From: Utricularia gibba
Lineage: Eukaryota > Plantae > Magnoliophyta
Assembly: GCA_002189035.1 (NCBI GenBank)
Contig: NEEC01000020.1
Coordinates: 1,364,001-1,428,000 of the forward strand
Length of the DNA: 64,000 nt
Direction of reading: 5' to 3'
Numbering within the stretch: the first letter of the stretch is position 1; the number at the start of each line of letters is the position of its first letter. Below are positions 51,216 to 64,000 of this stretch, in pieces. A program made the position numbers and the translations under genes. The notes below the pieces were generated by a model, which did no database searches, was not told the origin of the DNA, and saw only the letters and a program-made list of their open reading frames with translations.

Positions 51216-51672
51216 TAGATTTTTTTACAGTGGGTATGACCCCCAAATCTGGTACTAAAAGTGGCAGAACTCAGCAATGATTTTATGGATAAGGTGGAAA
51301 AATACCTCACCTTTTTTTAATTCATTTGTGATTTATCCTACCTTTTTCAACACTTTGTAAATTACCAAAAAAATGAGTTCTTCTTTGCACTTTACTTAAA
51401 CTTTATGATTTTAGTATTTATTATATTCTTAATACAATCGCTGCCTTCACGCTTATCCCCATTTCAGATTTTCTTGCTCGACCTTGAACAAATGGTTCTC
51501 ATTTATCTTTACGATGTCCAAAATCAAAATCATACTTTTTTGTATTTACTTGTTAAACAGTTCAGTTCCGTATCACATCATTGTTATATGTGTTGTTAGA
51601 TGTATTTTTTTTAATACATTAATATTGAAAATAATATATTTTTAATTTAAAAATAAAGATTTCAACTTTAAT

Positions 51673-52974
51673 TGGATTTGATATTTAGAGTTTAATTTTG
51701 TACTTAAGTATTAGAGTTTAAAATTTAATGATTTAAGGGTTAGATTTAGAAATGAATATTAATAACTACTAAATAACATTATGAATGACAAAATTCAAAA
51801 ATTCAATTTAATTTGTAAAATACTAATTCAATACATCGAATACAGTTAAAAGCTCAATGAAGCCCCCAAGAAATTAGATCATTTTTGCATTTTACCTCAA
51901 CTTCATGATTTTCATATTTATATTTTTAATAAATGTATTTTTTTAATATATTAATATTATTAATAATACATTTTTATTTATATTATAAGATTTCAATGTT
52001 AATAGGATTGATATAGTGTTAGTTTTTTTTGGTTGTGGATTTAAGTTTTAAAATTCAAAATATAATGATTTAAAGTTTAAGATTTAAAATATTATATTTT
52101 CCAATTTTATTTAACATTTAAGATTAAAATTCTATATATCATCATACAATTAAAAAAATAAATTAGTTTCCTCTACTTTTGACCTCTAGATGGGGTCGTA
52201 ATTAAGAAACCATGTGCAAATAGCTGTAATGAAAAACTCTTTCTTCCAACATGGGTTGTTTATCATTGTATGATATGCTTTCATATTTTTTAATTGACCC
52301 ACAACTGAGAAAAATTAAATCTTATAATGTGGATTTGATATTTGGAGTTTAGTTTTGTACTGAAGTATTAGAGTTTAAAACTTAATGACTTAAGATTTAG
52401 ATTTATAAATGAATATTAATAAGCTATTCAATTAAATTATGAATGAAAAAATTCAATTTAAATTGCAAAACACCAATTCAATACATCTAATAAGGTAAAA
52501 GCACGATGTAGCCCCAAAAATTAGATCGTTTTTGCATTCTACCTCAACTTTATGATTTTCTTATTTATATTTTTAATAAATGTATGTTTTAATACATTAA
52601 TATTACTAATAATATATTTTGAATTTAAAATATAAGATTTCAATTTTAATAGGATTTAATATTTAGTATTAGTTTTTTTATTATGGATTTAAGTTTTAAC
52701 ATGTAAACTATAATGATTTAATGTTTAAGATTTAAAATATTATATTTTCCATTTTTATTTAACATTTAATATTAAAACTCTATATATCATCCTCCAATTA
52801 AAAAATAAATTAGTTTCCTCTACTTTTGAACTCTAGATGGGGTTGTAATTAAGAAAACCATGTGCAAATAGTTGTCTTTAGTAACTCTTTCTTCTAACGT
52901 GGATTGTGTATCATTGCATGATATAATTTCATATTTTTTAATTGATCCATACTTGAGAAAAATTAAATCCTTAT
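51673..52974. repeat. ~650-bp AT-rich tandem duplication (two units)
   Basis: 51673-52325 and 52330-52974 share CTCTAGATGGGGT, CCATGTGCAAATAG and GAGAAAAATTAAAT. An internal ~330-bp sub-period is visible. Confidence 0.9.
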
Positions 52975-53389
52975 TTTTGTTGTCTTAAACTTTTATTTAT
53001 AATTTATATTATTCATATCAACATTTTGTAAAATTCCTTATATCTGAATTCATACTTGTTTTACTCCATTTGATAATAGTGTTTTTTATACCATATGAAT
53101 AACCAAAATATCAATTTGTAAGAAAAAAAAAATATCTAATACATATTAAAAAATAAAATATTGTCTACAACGTGTATTACATAAGGGACATGAAAAAGAT
53201 AATTTGATTTTTTTTTTTTTATGTAGTTGGCTGAAATAATTAATTTTGCACATGTTGATGTCTCTAATAATTCTCATTTATAAAGAAAATAAATTAATAT
53301 TTTCAAATTGGCTATATATATGATGGGAGATAAGAGCATTATGATTTAATTTTTCATTTTCCTACAATCACTAATATCCTCTATATCCC

Positions 53390-56300
53390 ATGACTCTCGT
53401 AATGCTGAAGTTGTATGCTGGTGGACGCATTCTTGAAGATGAAAATGGGTATGTAAGTTATGATCGAGATCCTTTAAAGATTATAACAGTTAAACATACA
53501 ATTTCTTTGAAAAATATATTAAAGATTATTCACAATGAAATTGCAATAGTGGTTGATCTCCATTATATTCAATTGACTACTAAGTTCTATGATAAAAGTA
53601 CCGGAGTTGCAAGGTGCATTAATATTTCTGATATAGAAACATTACATTTTCTTTTAATTCAAATAATTCATCATTTGGGATCGATATGTATATTTCAAAA
53701 ATTGCTGATGATGGAGCAACAACAAGCACTAGAGGTAAGTATTCTTTTTTTAAATTTATATTTCTTATTAACTTTATAAATTTCCAATATTTATATACAT
53801 GTATGTTATGAAGTCCAAAATATGTCAAAAGATAGGGAAATAACTATTCAACAATCATATAATTCTGGTGATTTTAATCCTTTTTGGAGAACACTAGCAA
53901 TACAAGGAATTTTCTAATTATGGAGGTATATTTATATATATGCATTTGATTATGTTTCGGTATGAATTATTATATTTTAATTTTTTATTGCATTATTTTT
54001 GTTATATTGCAATTTTACATGTTGTAATAAAGATAGTTAAATATCCTAACGTCTTCAATTCATTGTGAAATTACTTGAGATTTTTAACATATTAATGATA
54101 TACCTATAATTTCATTCTAGCATTTGAAAAATACATCAATTTTTATCACTATGACAAATTAATATTAAAACATTACATATTTTTAATAAACATACTAATA
54201 TACATTTTTATTCATTAAAAATCATCATTTAAATGTCAATAAAAATATACTATAATTTTAACTAACTTTAGAATGTATTTCATTTTCAATTTTTTAAATA
54301 TATAATATGATTATTATGTTTTTTTTCAAAATAATAGTTATAAATATATATGAAAAATATATGTATAAAAATTTTAAAATTTGTGATATAAATAAAAATT
54401 TAATCAATTGAGGTAAACTTTCTTTGTTTTATAATAAAAATAATTACTTTTACCAAAATGAATATTCACATAAAAATAAAATCAATCAATTAAGGTTTTC
54501 CGTTTTTTCAATAAATATCAATCATATACATGATTTTTATGTTTTATTTTGTACATTGAAAATGGATATAAACATTTTATAAAATAAAATTTTTATTTTA
54601 TAAATAACATATATAATTATTCTTAATTATTATATTATAAAACATTATAATCAACGTTTCCTTATATGATATATTTAAAATAATCGATTTTCGAAAAAAA
54701 AAAATTAAGATATATATTTTTTAAGAATGAAATATGTTAATGAAAATCATAAATTATTTTGATTGAAATCTAAATGATAAATTTATTTATAAAAAATAAA
54801 TTGTAATATGTTCATTAACAACATTAAGGGTAATATAAATTTAATTTGTAAATAAGTGTTAAAATCAAGGTATATTGCAAATGTATGTATAAATTTAAAG
54901 TAGATTATCAATATGTTAACAAAATAAGTTACTTTACAAATACAATAATTATGACACACGTTTACCAATTTAGCTTGTTATATTGATATTTTGTATACTC
55001 ATAATTATTTAATTACAAACTATATTTTTTATGAATTATATTGATTCTTTTTTAAATTATTATAAATATTTATTAAATATCCTTTTTCCTTGACATAAGT
55101 TTAAATTTTTAACTTGTAAATGGTTTTTTTTTTATTTCAGATTATGTTTCACATCCATCTTCTCATCCTTTTGAGAATTATACCAATTATCATTGTGATG
55201 AGGGCACATATAGTATTTATGAAGAAGAAAATTTAAATCAAGAAAATACACATATCCCTGATAATATATATGCTGATGAAGAGGGAAGTATGAATGAAGA
55301 AGAAATACCCAACATTGATGAAATCTTGGAACAACAAGAAGAATCAATGAATGATCAAGTATGTATAAATGAAACTTATTCAAATACTGAGTCATTTATG
55401 TGGGCATACAACGTTGATACAAGTATTCCACTTGATTTTTATGATGAATAACAAATGGATTTATGATGAACGTTGGGAATGGGGTTGCTAAATGTCGCGG
55501 TTTAGCACATTCAACGCATCAAAATAAATTTATAAACCAAACTAATCTACTACACAAATCACAAGAATTAATGTAGTGTGGCAAGCAAGGGTTGAATCCA
55601 CATAGAATGGTTGTAATCTCATGAAGTTTAACACATTTATTGGAAACAGAGGGGTTTTCTGGGATTTAAGTCTAATGCGGGTAAGACGTAAAATAACAGT
55701 TACTGGAATAAACGAGGTGCATAAAACATAAAATTAAAGTAATTTGGCTGGGTTTTACACTAGAGTCTAGCTCTTGTGTCACTCAAGAGAGCTCTTAGGC
55801 TTAAACCCAGCTTAGAACGCTTGAAAACAGAGTAATAGTTTGCAGAAACAGAGCATGGTTCGTAGGAACAATAAAAGCGCGTTAAACTTAAAGGTAAACA
55901 TGAAAAGCTTAAACATAAACATGTTTATAAACTAAGGCAAGGTCTACAACGAGTTTCCCGTTCACAGCAAGGTACCGAAAAGCAGCATAAAGCATAGAAA
56001 CGAAAGCAGTAACGATAACAGGTTCTCGCAGAAATGGAAGTGCAGAAAATGCACAAATAAAAGTTGCAGGATGCTTCTGTGGGCTGGAGATCTATTGGAA
56101 ATCAAGTTATTGGTGGAGAGACGGTGTAAACACATAGATCTGGAGGTCGCCGGAGACTTTCGCCGGAGAAACGGAGTTCTCCTTGCTCCCGCTCGCTCCT
56201 GTTCGCTGCATGTTCACTCTGCGTGCACAGTGTACTCACTTTTCTTCTCTCCCTTCCTTTTCCCTTTTGCAGCTCAAAATTAAGGATAGCTTGGTCTTTT

Positions 56301-57890
56301 TCTCATGCTTCTAGAAGGTAGATCTATGCTCCATATCTTATCTCTTCAGAAGTGCGGCTACTTTCGGTGGAAAGTGACTTTTTGCACAGCTTTTCTATCC
56401 CTTTCTGACTTCTCAACGCGGAAAGTACGTTGCTGCAATACTAGGTATTACCCTGATAAGACTTAAAACATAGACTAGACGAAATATTAGAGTTTTCGGC
56501 TCAATTGTTGCCAATTGAGACTGTTTTCACAATAAACATATTTCAACAGTCTAAATATGCAAAAGAAGACATTTTAGCACCCTAATCAGCATTTAACTCT
56601 ACAAAACACACTTAAAAACATACATAAAAACACAATAAAAACGGTGTTATCAAATTATGTGTTGGGATGCATTTTAGAGACAGATAAAGTTTTATTGATG
56701 CAGTTACACTATATCATCTATCTGTTGCTCAACGAGAATTTAAGGTAAAAAAAAGATTATCATCAATAGCGTGTTGAATGTCGGCAGATAAAGACATTCT
56801 CATGTCCATTCTATCTTCGGGCTGGTCCACAAGAACGAACGGATACATGGAAAATTACTAAATTGGTTCTACCTCATACTTGTGACGTAACACCAAGGTT
56901 ATCTACTGCACATTTAAATTTGACGGTGAAAATGATTGCTCCTCAACTTAAGCAACTTCTCCATGGTAAGTCAATAGCAAATGGTGTCCAACTAATTGTC
57001 AAAGATAAGTGAGGTTATGAGATTTCATATTGACAAGCATGGGCATCCTTAGTGCGACCATATGAATTACATTATGGATCATGGGAGACTTCTATAGTCA
57101 AACTTCCTCAATATCTAGAAGAAATACGTAGACAAAATCCAGGAACGGTGGTGTCATGGGAAAATAATGGTGATTTTAGGAAAGAAAGAATGCTCACAAG
57201 GGTATTTTGGGCTTTTTGTTTTACAATAGAAGCATTTCACTTTTGCAGACCAGTATTATGCATAGATGCAACACATCTTTATAGTTGGTATGAGTATAAA
57301 TTGTTAGTTGCAGTGGCTATTGATGCAAACAATTGTGTTTGTCCTATTGCCTACAGTTTTGTTCCAAGTGAATCAGAGGAAGATTGAGCTTGTTTTTTAA
57401 ACAACTTGATATGTATGTGGTTATAGAAAGACTCGGGGTTTGTATTATTAGTGATCGTGGACCTGTACTTTTGGTAGCTTACAAAATATACAGGCGTTTT
57501 CAGTCATCCATATGGTGTTCATCGATTCTGTGCATATCATATACAAAAGAATTATATGAGCAAAATTGGTTCAAAGTCAAAAGAAATATCTGAATTAATT
57601 AGAAGAGCTGCCTATGCAAGAAACAATTTGGATTTTACACAGGCAATTAAGCAACTTCAAATTCGATCTCCAAAAGCCTTCGACTATATGAAAAATATCT
57701 CATTGCAGGAATGGACATTGTTATATGATGGAAGACACAAGTATGTGATATTATATTTATTTTTTCTATTGAATTCATAATGCTATTATCAAAGTTTTTG
57801 TTAACAGGCATACGATAATGACTATCCACCATGTTGAAGCTCTCAACGTTGTTTTACGTGATGCTCGATGCTTACCACCAACAACAATCC
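53390..57890 (+). mobile_element. Second MULE transposase pseudogene, interrupted by a solo LTR
   Basis: N-terminal ORF 53390 and an acidic tract at 55130-55460. After the LTR: LCVGMHF...EFKV, CRPVLCIDATHL, LLVAVAIDANNCVCPIAYSFVPSESEE, IISDRG. Confidence 0.85.
55464..56652 (-). mobile_element. Athila-like solo LTR (1189 bp)
   Basis: On the minus strand TGATAACACC...TTCATCA; TSD ATTTA/AATTA (one mismatch); same family as 22735-25024. Confidence 0.85.
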
Positions 57891-58089
57891 CAAAGGTACT
57901 ATTATTATACTTAGATTTATCGGATTGACAAAAGCAATGTACCGGATTTTATTATTTTGATACTTAGATTTAACAATCTTTTTAAAAAGGAAAACAAATA
58001 CACTATTTGATAAAATCGCAAAGTTATTTTTTTTTTATTTTTGATAAAAGGTAAAGTGCAAATAAATGTTATTAGTAAGGTAAAATACA

Positions 58090-58770
58090 AATGGCAGACG
58101 TCTCGACGGAGCCGGGAAAAATGGTTATCGGCTTCAGCGCAGGGGAAATACGGAAACGCCTGCTTCACCGATGCTGTCCCGGAGACGACGACGATATCGA
58201 CGCCGACGTGGGCCGTGGCTCGCTCCGATCAGGCCATTATCCTACACAACCCCTCAAACGCAAGGTATCCTTCTTGTGGGGCAATGGCTTAGAAATCTTA
58301 CTCTCCAAATTTAATAAGAATCGAGCCACCGAGGCACAGGTTTAATAAGAATTAGGCTGGTTTCGAGGGAGCCTACCTACCATGTTTCCCGGAGCAGGTT
58401 CCACCCAGCCATTCGTTGCGGCGAAGAAACACGAGAACCCTGTTCAAGAATCGAAATCGGAGACATATCCAGGGAAAAGCGCAATGAAGAGGAGAGGCAC
58501 TCAGAGAAGAATGGATTTGATTTTTCTGTCATTAGAAGAATCAGATTAACGAGATTTTCAATAACTCATCATCGGGCCTCCTCCTCCTCCTCCCTACAAA
58601 CACACAGACACGCCGGAGTAGATGAAAACTTGGGGATTCTGCGTTTGGGGTAGGGTTAGGGTTTTTCAATAGTATTTGTTAGGGGAATCACCCGATCGGC
58701 CCACGAAAAGGCACGTACGCCAGAACATATGGGCTCGAGTTGGACCGTCTCTTTTAGATAGGCCCAAAAT
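58090..58770 (-). promoter_or_regulatory. Orphan housekeeping-type promoter with GC-rich 5' exon-like sequence
   Basis: Site-II motifs (TGGGCC/GCCCA) at 58697-58770 and a telo-box AAACCCTAA (minus strand, ~58656-58664), followed by a CT-rich leader and GC-rich sequence that ends near the MULE remnant. Confidence 0.55.
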
Positions 58771-59388
58771 AAAATACTAAATCGCTCAATATGGAAAAAT
58801 GTAGTAAATTATTTTACTTCATTACGGTATCGTTTAGAATAACTATGAAAATATCAATTTGTTTCAAAATGTGAATAATTATATCAAATTCTACCATCAA
58901 AATCTTTTACATACACCAACTTTTTTAACCACTGCATTCACTTAATATTTTTAAAATATATATTTTTCACAATAAGTATTTTTTATTTATATTTATGTTT
59001 TTAATAATTTTTTAGTTCATTTTATATATTTTTATTTAATTTTTTTTTTCTATATTTTTGAAAATTTCTATATTTATATTAATTTGATCCTTTTGAAATA
59101 TGTATTTTATGATTTTCAATATGATTTCAACTTGAATTAGAAAAAAAAAAGAAGAAGTGATCTTAATGAGTTGAATATTGAGATATTTGGATGAATACTA
59201 AAAAATTCAAATTATATAAAACTTACTAATAATAAGTTTATTAGTAAGTTTTATATAATAACTTGAATTTGATACAAGCTCACTAATAAAACTTATTCGA
59301 TCTCCACATTTATATAATAACTTGAACATCAAGCTTTTGGGGGTGTGGAGTGTTGGATTCAGTTTGGAAGTTCTATAATCGAGTCTAA

Positions 59389-59599
59389 AAGCCTGTTTAT
59401 TTCAACTTCTGCTTTAAATTAAGTGTTTTTGAAGTGATTTTTTATTAAAAACATAAACAATTTCTGCTTTTTTTGAAACAGAAACATTAAAGCACTTAAA
59501 AACGTTTCAATTTTTTTGAAACAGTTTCATACTCGTTTCTATCAACTTTTGAAGCACTTTTTTTGAAGTGATTTTAATGAAGTAGAAATAAACAGACTT
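59389..59599. mobile_element. Tourist-like (PIF/Harbinger) MITE, 211 bp
   Basis: TIRs AAGCCTGTTTATTTCAACTTC / GAAGTAGAAATAAACAGACTT with TAA TSDs at 59386-59388 and 59600-59602. Confidence 0.85.
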
Positions 59600-60339
59600 T
59601 AATTATCTTCTATTTTCGTGTTCTTTCATTTTTCATCAATATTATATGTTAGAATTGAGCATGTGTACATGAGCACTTGTAGTTAAGTATATGTGATTAA
59701 AACTTGCTTGTTCAAACCTCTACCTATGTGATTGTGTGATTATGTTCTATTGCATTTAATTTGATATTTAATTTTATTTTTCCAAATATTTTTTTTGTTA
59801 ACATTTTCTTGATTACTACAAAACTTTGGGAGTTTCGAAAAATTTCATATGACTTTAATTACTTAAAGAGAATGGTTCAATCAAATATCGTTAGTAAGAC
59901 ACATTCATTCTAATGTGTTTACAAAAGTGTAAATTTTTTAGGTTAGATTGAATGTAGAGAAAAACAAAGATTATCACGGTAGTCAAAATGTCATTGATGA
60001 CATGATTAATTCTATAGTTCCATAAAATAATAGACGATATTATAATGATCACTAATTAACATTAGTTTAGAATAATACTCTCATAACTTGTGAAATTGAG
60101 TCATTTCTTGAAAATTTAATATATACACATGACAAGCTTCAGCATGGTAAAATTTTGATTCAAAGCCAATTTTCTATACTATTTTAAAACTCATATTGTC
60201 ATTTGTTTTGATTTTGTTTTTAGAAAATTAAAAAATAATCAATTCTTTGTGAATATTTTTGTATTAATTTAATAGTTTATGTATGCTTAAAGAATAACTA
60301 TCAAGGTTTTGACACCATTGTTGAGAAATTTTATTCCTT

Positions 60340-61700
60340 TGGTTTTTGGTTTCGTTTCTCGTTATTTTAATTTTTCTATTATTTCTTGAGTTTTCATGTT
60401 TTACACACTTGCACAAGCAATCACTTTCAATTTGTGTTGCATGTGCAAGTATAGAGCTTCAATCTAGGTGTACCAACTAGACCTAAAAATTGATAGGACT
60501 TGTCCACACATGAACGATAAAAGGAAAATATATCTAGAAAGCATTTTGGACATGAGGGTGACTATCTGGTAATGTACATGGGAACTGATGCTGAGGCATC
60601 AACATAGGACGGCAACTAGTTGAACTTTTCTCATATATGAAAGGGGAATATGGATAAATAGATCTTCTGACTATCGTGAAGGGGCAGCCTTGTATCAAAG
60701 GCATAATGCCGGATCTGGTTAGGAGTATTCATGGAACAAAAAGCTACAAGTTTAGGACCGAATCATGGTGTGAAACTTCTGGAAAAAGGAAACACGGGTG
60801 CATTATTAGAACTAGAAAGAACCAAAGAGGCACTAAAAAACAGTCTTGGAATGTGTAGGCACATTGGTGTGAACAAAAACATCTTGTGATTGATGCTTAA
60901 GCAACGCTTGCAAGAAAATAAAATTTTGAAACCTTAACACGAAGAGCATGAAAAAAACCCAAATATCCTGGTGCAAGTGATAGAGAATGGAGAAAGGATC
61001 AAAAACCCTCAAACTCTCCTCAAGGATGGGAAGGAGAAGATTGATGGGACCATCGTCAAAAAAACCAACGCAATGAATGTGATCCTAATCAGAGGGATAA
61101 ATATGGATTCTCGAAAGATTCGGAATGGGAAAACCATGGGAGACAAAGGCAGACAGATATGAGGCATTGGTGTGATAATGAACCATCTAGTGAAGAGGAA
61201 GAGTCAAAACCAGTCCACAGGGAACCACTTGTGCAGACTAAGAATCATCATGCAGAAACAGATTGGTGTGCTTGGTATGAAGTTCCCTTGAGAAATGATT
61301 TCCGATACACAACACTCATATGCTTGGGTGATTTGTCTAGCACTAACCAACTAAGCAATATACGAGAGGTAAGCATAGTAAAAAATAACACACATTGTAT
61401 TTGCATAAGCATGAGTTCACCTAAGATCTTAGAGTGAAAAAGTATCTTCGCATAGTAGAGCTTGAGAGTTTTTATAGAGGATTCTAAATTTTCATTCTAA
61501 TATTTTGTTGGGCTTCATCTCTTTTCTAATTTGAACCAAGAATATCCTGAAAATGCATAAAATACCCTTTCCCGTCACGAAGCATAAATTGGCTTAATAG
61601 ATACATAAAAATATTAAAATGAGCTAGAAGTGCGCATCAAGTAGGTAAAGAAATAATCTCAAAGTACTTTCTTGAAGCATGTTCTAAAATAATGCAAAGC
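60340..61700. mobile_element. Probable degenerate LTR-retrotransposon fragment
   Basis: Higher GC and purine-skewed sequence resembling Gypsy internal non-coding regions; no clean domain motif. Confidence 0.3.
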
Positions 61701-62307
61701 TGCTTATCAACAAATGCAAATTACTTTGAAACATAAAAAAGTAATTCATAGGATATTACATTTTTTAGGCTATTCAATTTTACATAAAAAAGCATATCTT
61801 AGAACCCACATTATTGCTCAGCTTCCAATACCATATAAATTAATTTTTATCAGATCAGAAACTTACCAAACTGCGACGAAAAATCACTCAAAATTGCAAA
61901 GCATTGTAAGGGAAAAAAATACAACTAGAAATGGATAAATATGAGAATTACAAATTTTTATAAACAACGTGAAGACATGGCCAGCGGATTAGGTTTTGAA
62001 GTGTCTTAAAAAATTAAAAAAAATGATTTTTTTTTAAAGATATTGAATAGCAAATTAGCAAGTCATCTGACTCGGGAGCTGGACGGTTGAAATCACGGCA
62101 ACGTGAAGTTCCACCGACGAAACAGTTCAAAATCAGATGCACTGATACCGATCCATGGCTGTAGCGAAGGACACCGTACTCCACTGACCATTGACCGAAG
62201 CCTCCACTCCGGAGTCCACACCAGAAATCCCAACTTCCTTCTTCCAGAAGCCTTCTCTTTGTTAATGTCGATTTGGGTTTCTGTTGATCCCGCGCGTCGT
62301 CGAGCAT

Positions 62308-63446
62308 ATGGATAGGGGCAAACCTCCGCGCCGGCGTCTCGATTCCTACACCGTTAGGCACATCAACAAGACTATCCACCGTGAGTCTGCCTGTTTTACA
62401 CCTGCTGCTCCTATTGATGTAACGAGTTTTTGTTTGTTGTTTTCATGTCTCAGCTGGCGATTGCGTGTTGATGAGGCCTTCCGACGCGTCAAACCCGTCG
62501 TACGTGGCGCGTGTGGAGAAAATCGAGGCGGACAGAAATGTTAAGGTCCATGTAAGGTGGTATTATCGGCCGGAGGAGTCGATTGGCGGCCGCCGCCAGT
62601 TCCACGGCTCCAAGGAAGTTTTTCTCTCCGATCATTTTGACATCCAGAGCGCGGATACCATCGAGGGAAAATGCACAGTGCACTCTTTCAAATCCTACAC
62701 TAAGCTTGATGCTGTTGGAAACGACGACTTTTTCTGTCGCTTTGAGTACAATTCCTCCACCGGTGCTTTCAATCCTGATAGAGTTGCAGTGTATGCATCT
62801 TTCTTATCCTTCATCACTCTTCTGACTGATATGTTCAGTTTATCCAGTTGTTATTTCCTTCAACTTTGAATTTTTTCTGCTGCATTTGATGCTTTCATGA
62901 GTTATCAGCTGATTTCAGATACTCCTTTGCGTGAGTTTTGAAGAGGCAACTTAGTTTATTTGAAGCTGGGGTGTTCGCTTAAATCTTTTTTTTATTGAAT
63001 GAATATTCAATATTGAATGCCTTCCTTTGAATACATTCTGATTTCAGGTACTGTAAGTGTGAAATGCCTTATAATCCTGATGATCTTATGGTTCAGTGCG
63101 AGGGATGTACTGAATGGTGAGCTTTACATCTTAGAATTAATCTGAATTTAATACTTGACACGAGTCTTTTCTTTTGTATGTACTTACTCACCTTCTAAAC
63201 TTGGGGATTCTGCCAGGTTTGATCTGGATAGCAAAGGTTTTGCTTCTCTATTGATCAAATTGGCAATCTAGAATTTGATTCAAATAGGATAACCGTAATA
63301 ACTTAGATGTGATCTCAGAAATAGATGTTTTTGGCTTCTTTTTCAGGTTTCATCCAACCTGCGTGGGTATGACTACAGAGGAAGCAGAAAGATTAGAACA
63401 CTTCTACTGTCATAGTTGCTCCTCTGAAGATCCAATTATTACATAA
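62308..63446 (+). CDS. SHL: SHL-type BAH-PHD chromatin reader (192 aa as assembled, C-terminal tail truncated)
   Basis: Exons 62308-62380, 62454-62790, 63048-63116 and 63347-63446. BAH: [22 protein letters not shown]: [35 protein letters not shown] and [14 protein letters not shown] are SHL-like rather than EBS-like. Confidence 0.92.
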
Positions 63447-64000
63447 TTGTCACCTTTGTTGCATTGATGCTGATTCCGAGGTAAATTCAACTGTGCATAA
63501 CTTGGGCCTCTAAACATGAGGGTTTGGTATTTTCAAGAATACCACTTGAAGATCACACGGGTGTTCTTTTTTTAGAATTGGGAAGTGCAAAGTTTGGCAT
63601 GCCAACTTGATTTTTTTAGTGATAATTCTTCATGCTAAATCACTCTTAATCTTCATGATCAGTATAAACTTTGAGTAGCTCTATATCCTGTGAAGCTACA
63701 ATGGGGCTAAGCTTGTTGCTCATAAATACTGTTTTGTGTTCATTTACACCTCCGTTTTGGCCATCTCCTGCCAGGAGGATGCAAAATGCGGTTGCAGGTG
63801 GCTGAACATGTATCTCGACAAATATCCAAGATGAGAACTTACTGGAGTACCTCCTAGTCCTCTTGTTTGCAGCGCTGTCCACTTCGCTTTAGGATCTTGT
63901 ATGGTTATGTGTGATCATGTGTTTGAGTCTTTTCCCTAACCCAGGGCCATCAGTCTGTATCATATAACCTGACTTCCATACTGTGTTGTAGCCTTCTTGG

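Noticed and set aside
1-64000. CRISPR arrays, rRNA, operons or horizontally acquired prokaryotic systems
   Set aside because: There is no repeat-spacer array or rRNA-like sequence; all genes are plant-type, with spliceosomal introns or belonging to known intronless families.

Overview
AT-rich eudicot plant nuclear DNA; no prokaryotic features. 1-14.7 kb is a transposon nest. A decayed Ty1/Copia (906-13795, minus strand) carries three later insertions: a solo LTR, an internally deleted Ty3/Gypsy Tat element with an antisense extra ORF, and an Athila-like solo LTR. It is followed by a 5' fragment of a HAM/SCL6 GRAS gene, and the whole block lies between hAT-like termini. 14.7-21.8 kb is an array of five intronless SAUR genes arranged as head-to-head palindromes with 25-nt spacers. 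21.9-28.7 kb is LTR debris. 29.5-45.7 kb holds NUS1/LEW1, CLPP6, tRNA-Glu(UUC), a GH17 beta-1,3-glucanase and the Phe-tRNA ligase beta subunit. 46-61.7 kb is mostly MULE, LTR and MITE remnants plus an orphan housekeeping-type promoter. 62.3-63.5 kb is an SHL-type BAH-PHD gene. CLPP6, PheRS-beta, the glucanase X8 domain and SHL each show a reading-frame lesion. The best leads are the SAUR palindromes, the possible hAT capture of HAM, the glucanase-tRNA adjacency and the clustered gene lesions. I found no clearly new biological system. All alignments were done by eye, so TE boundaries without a TSD are approximate.
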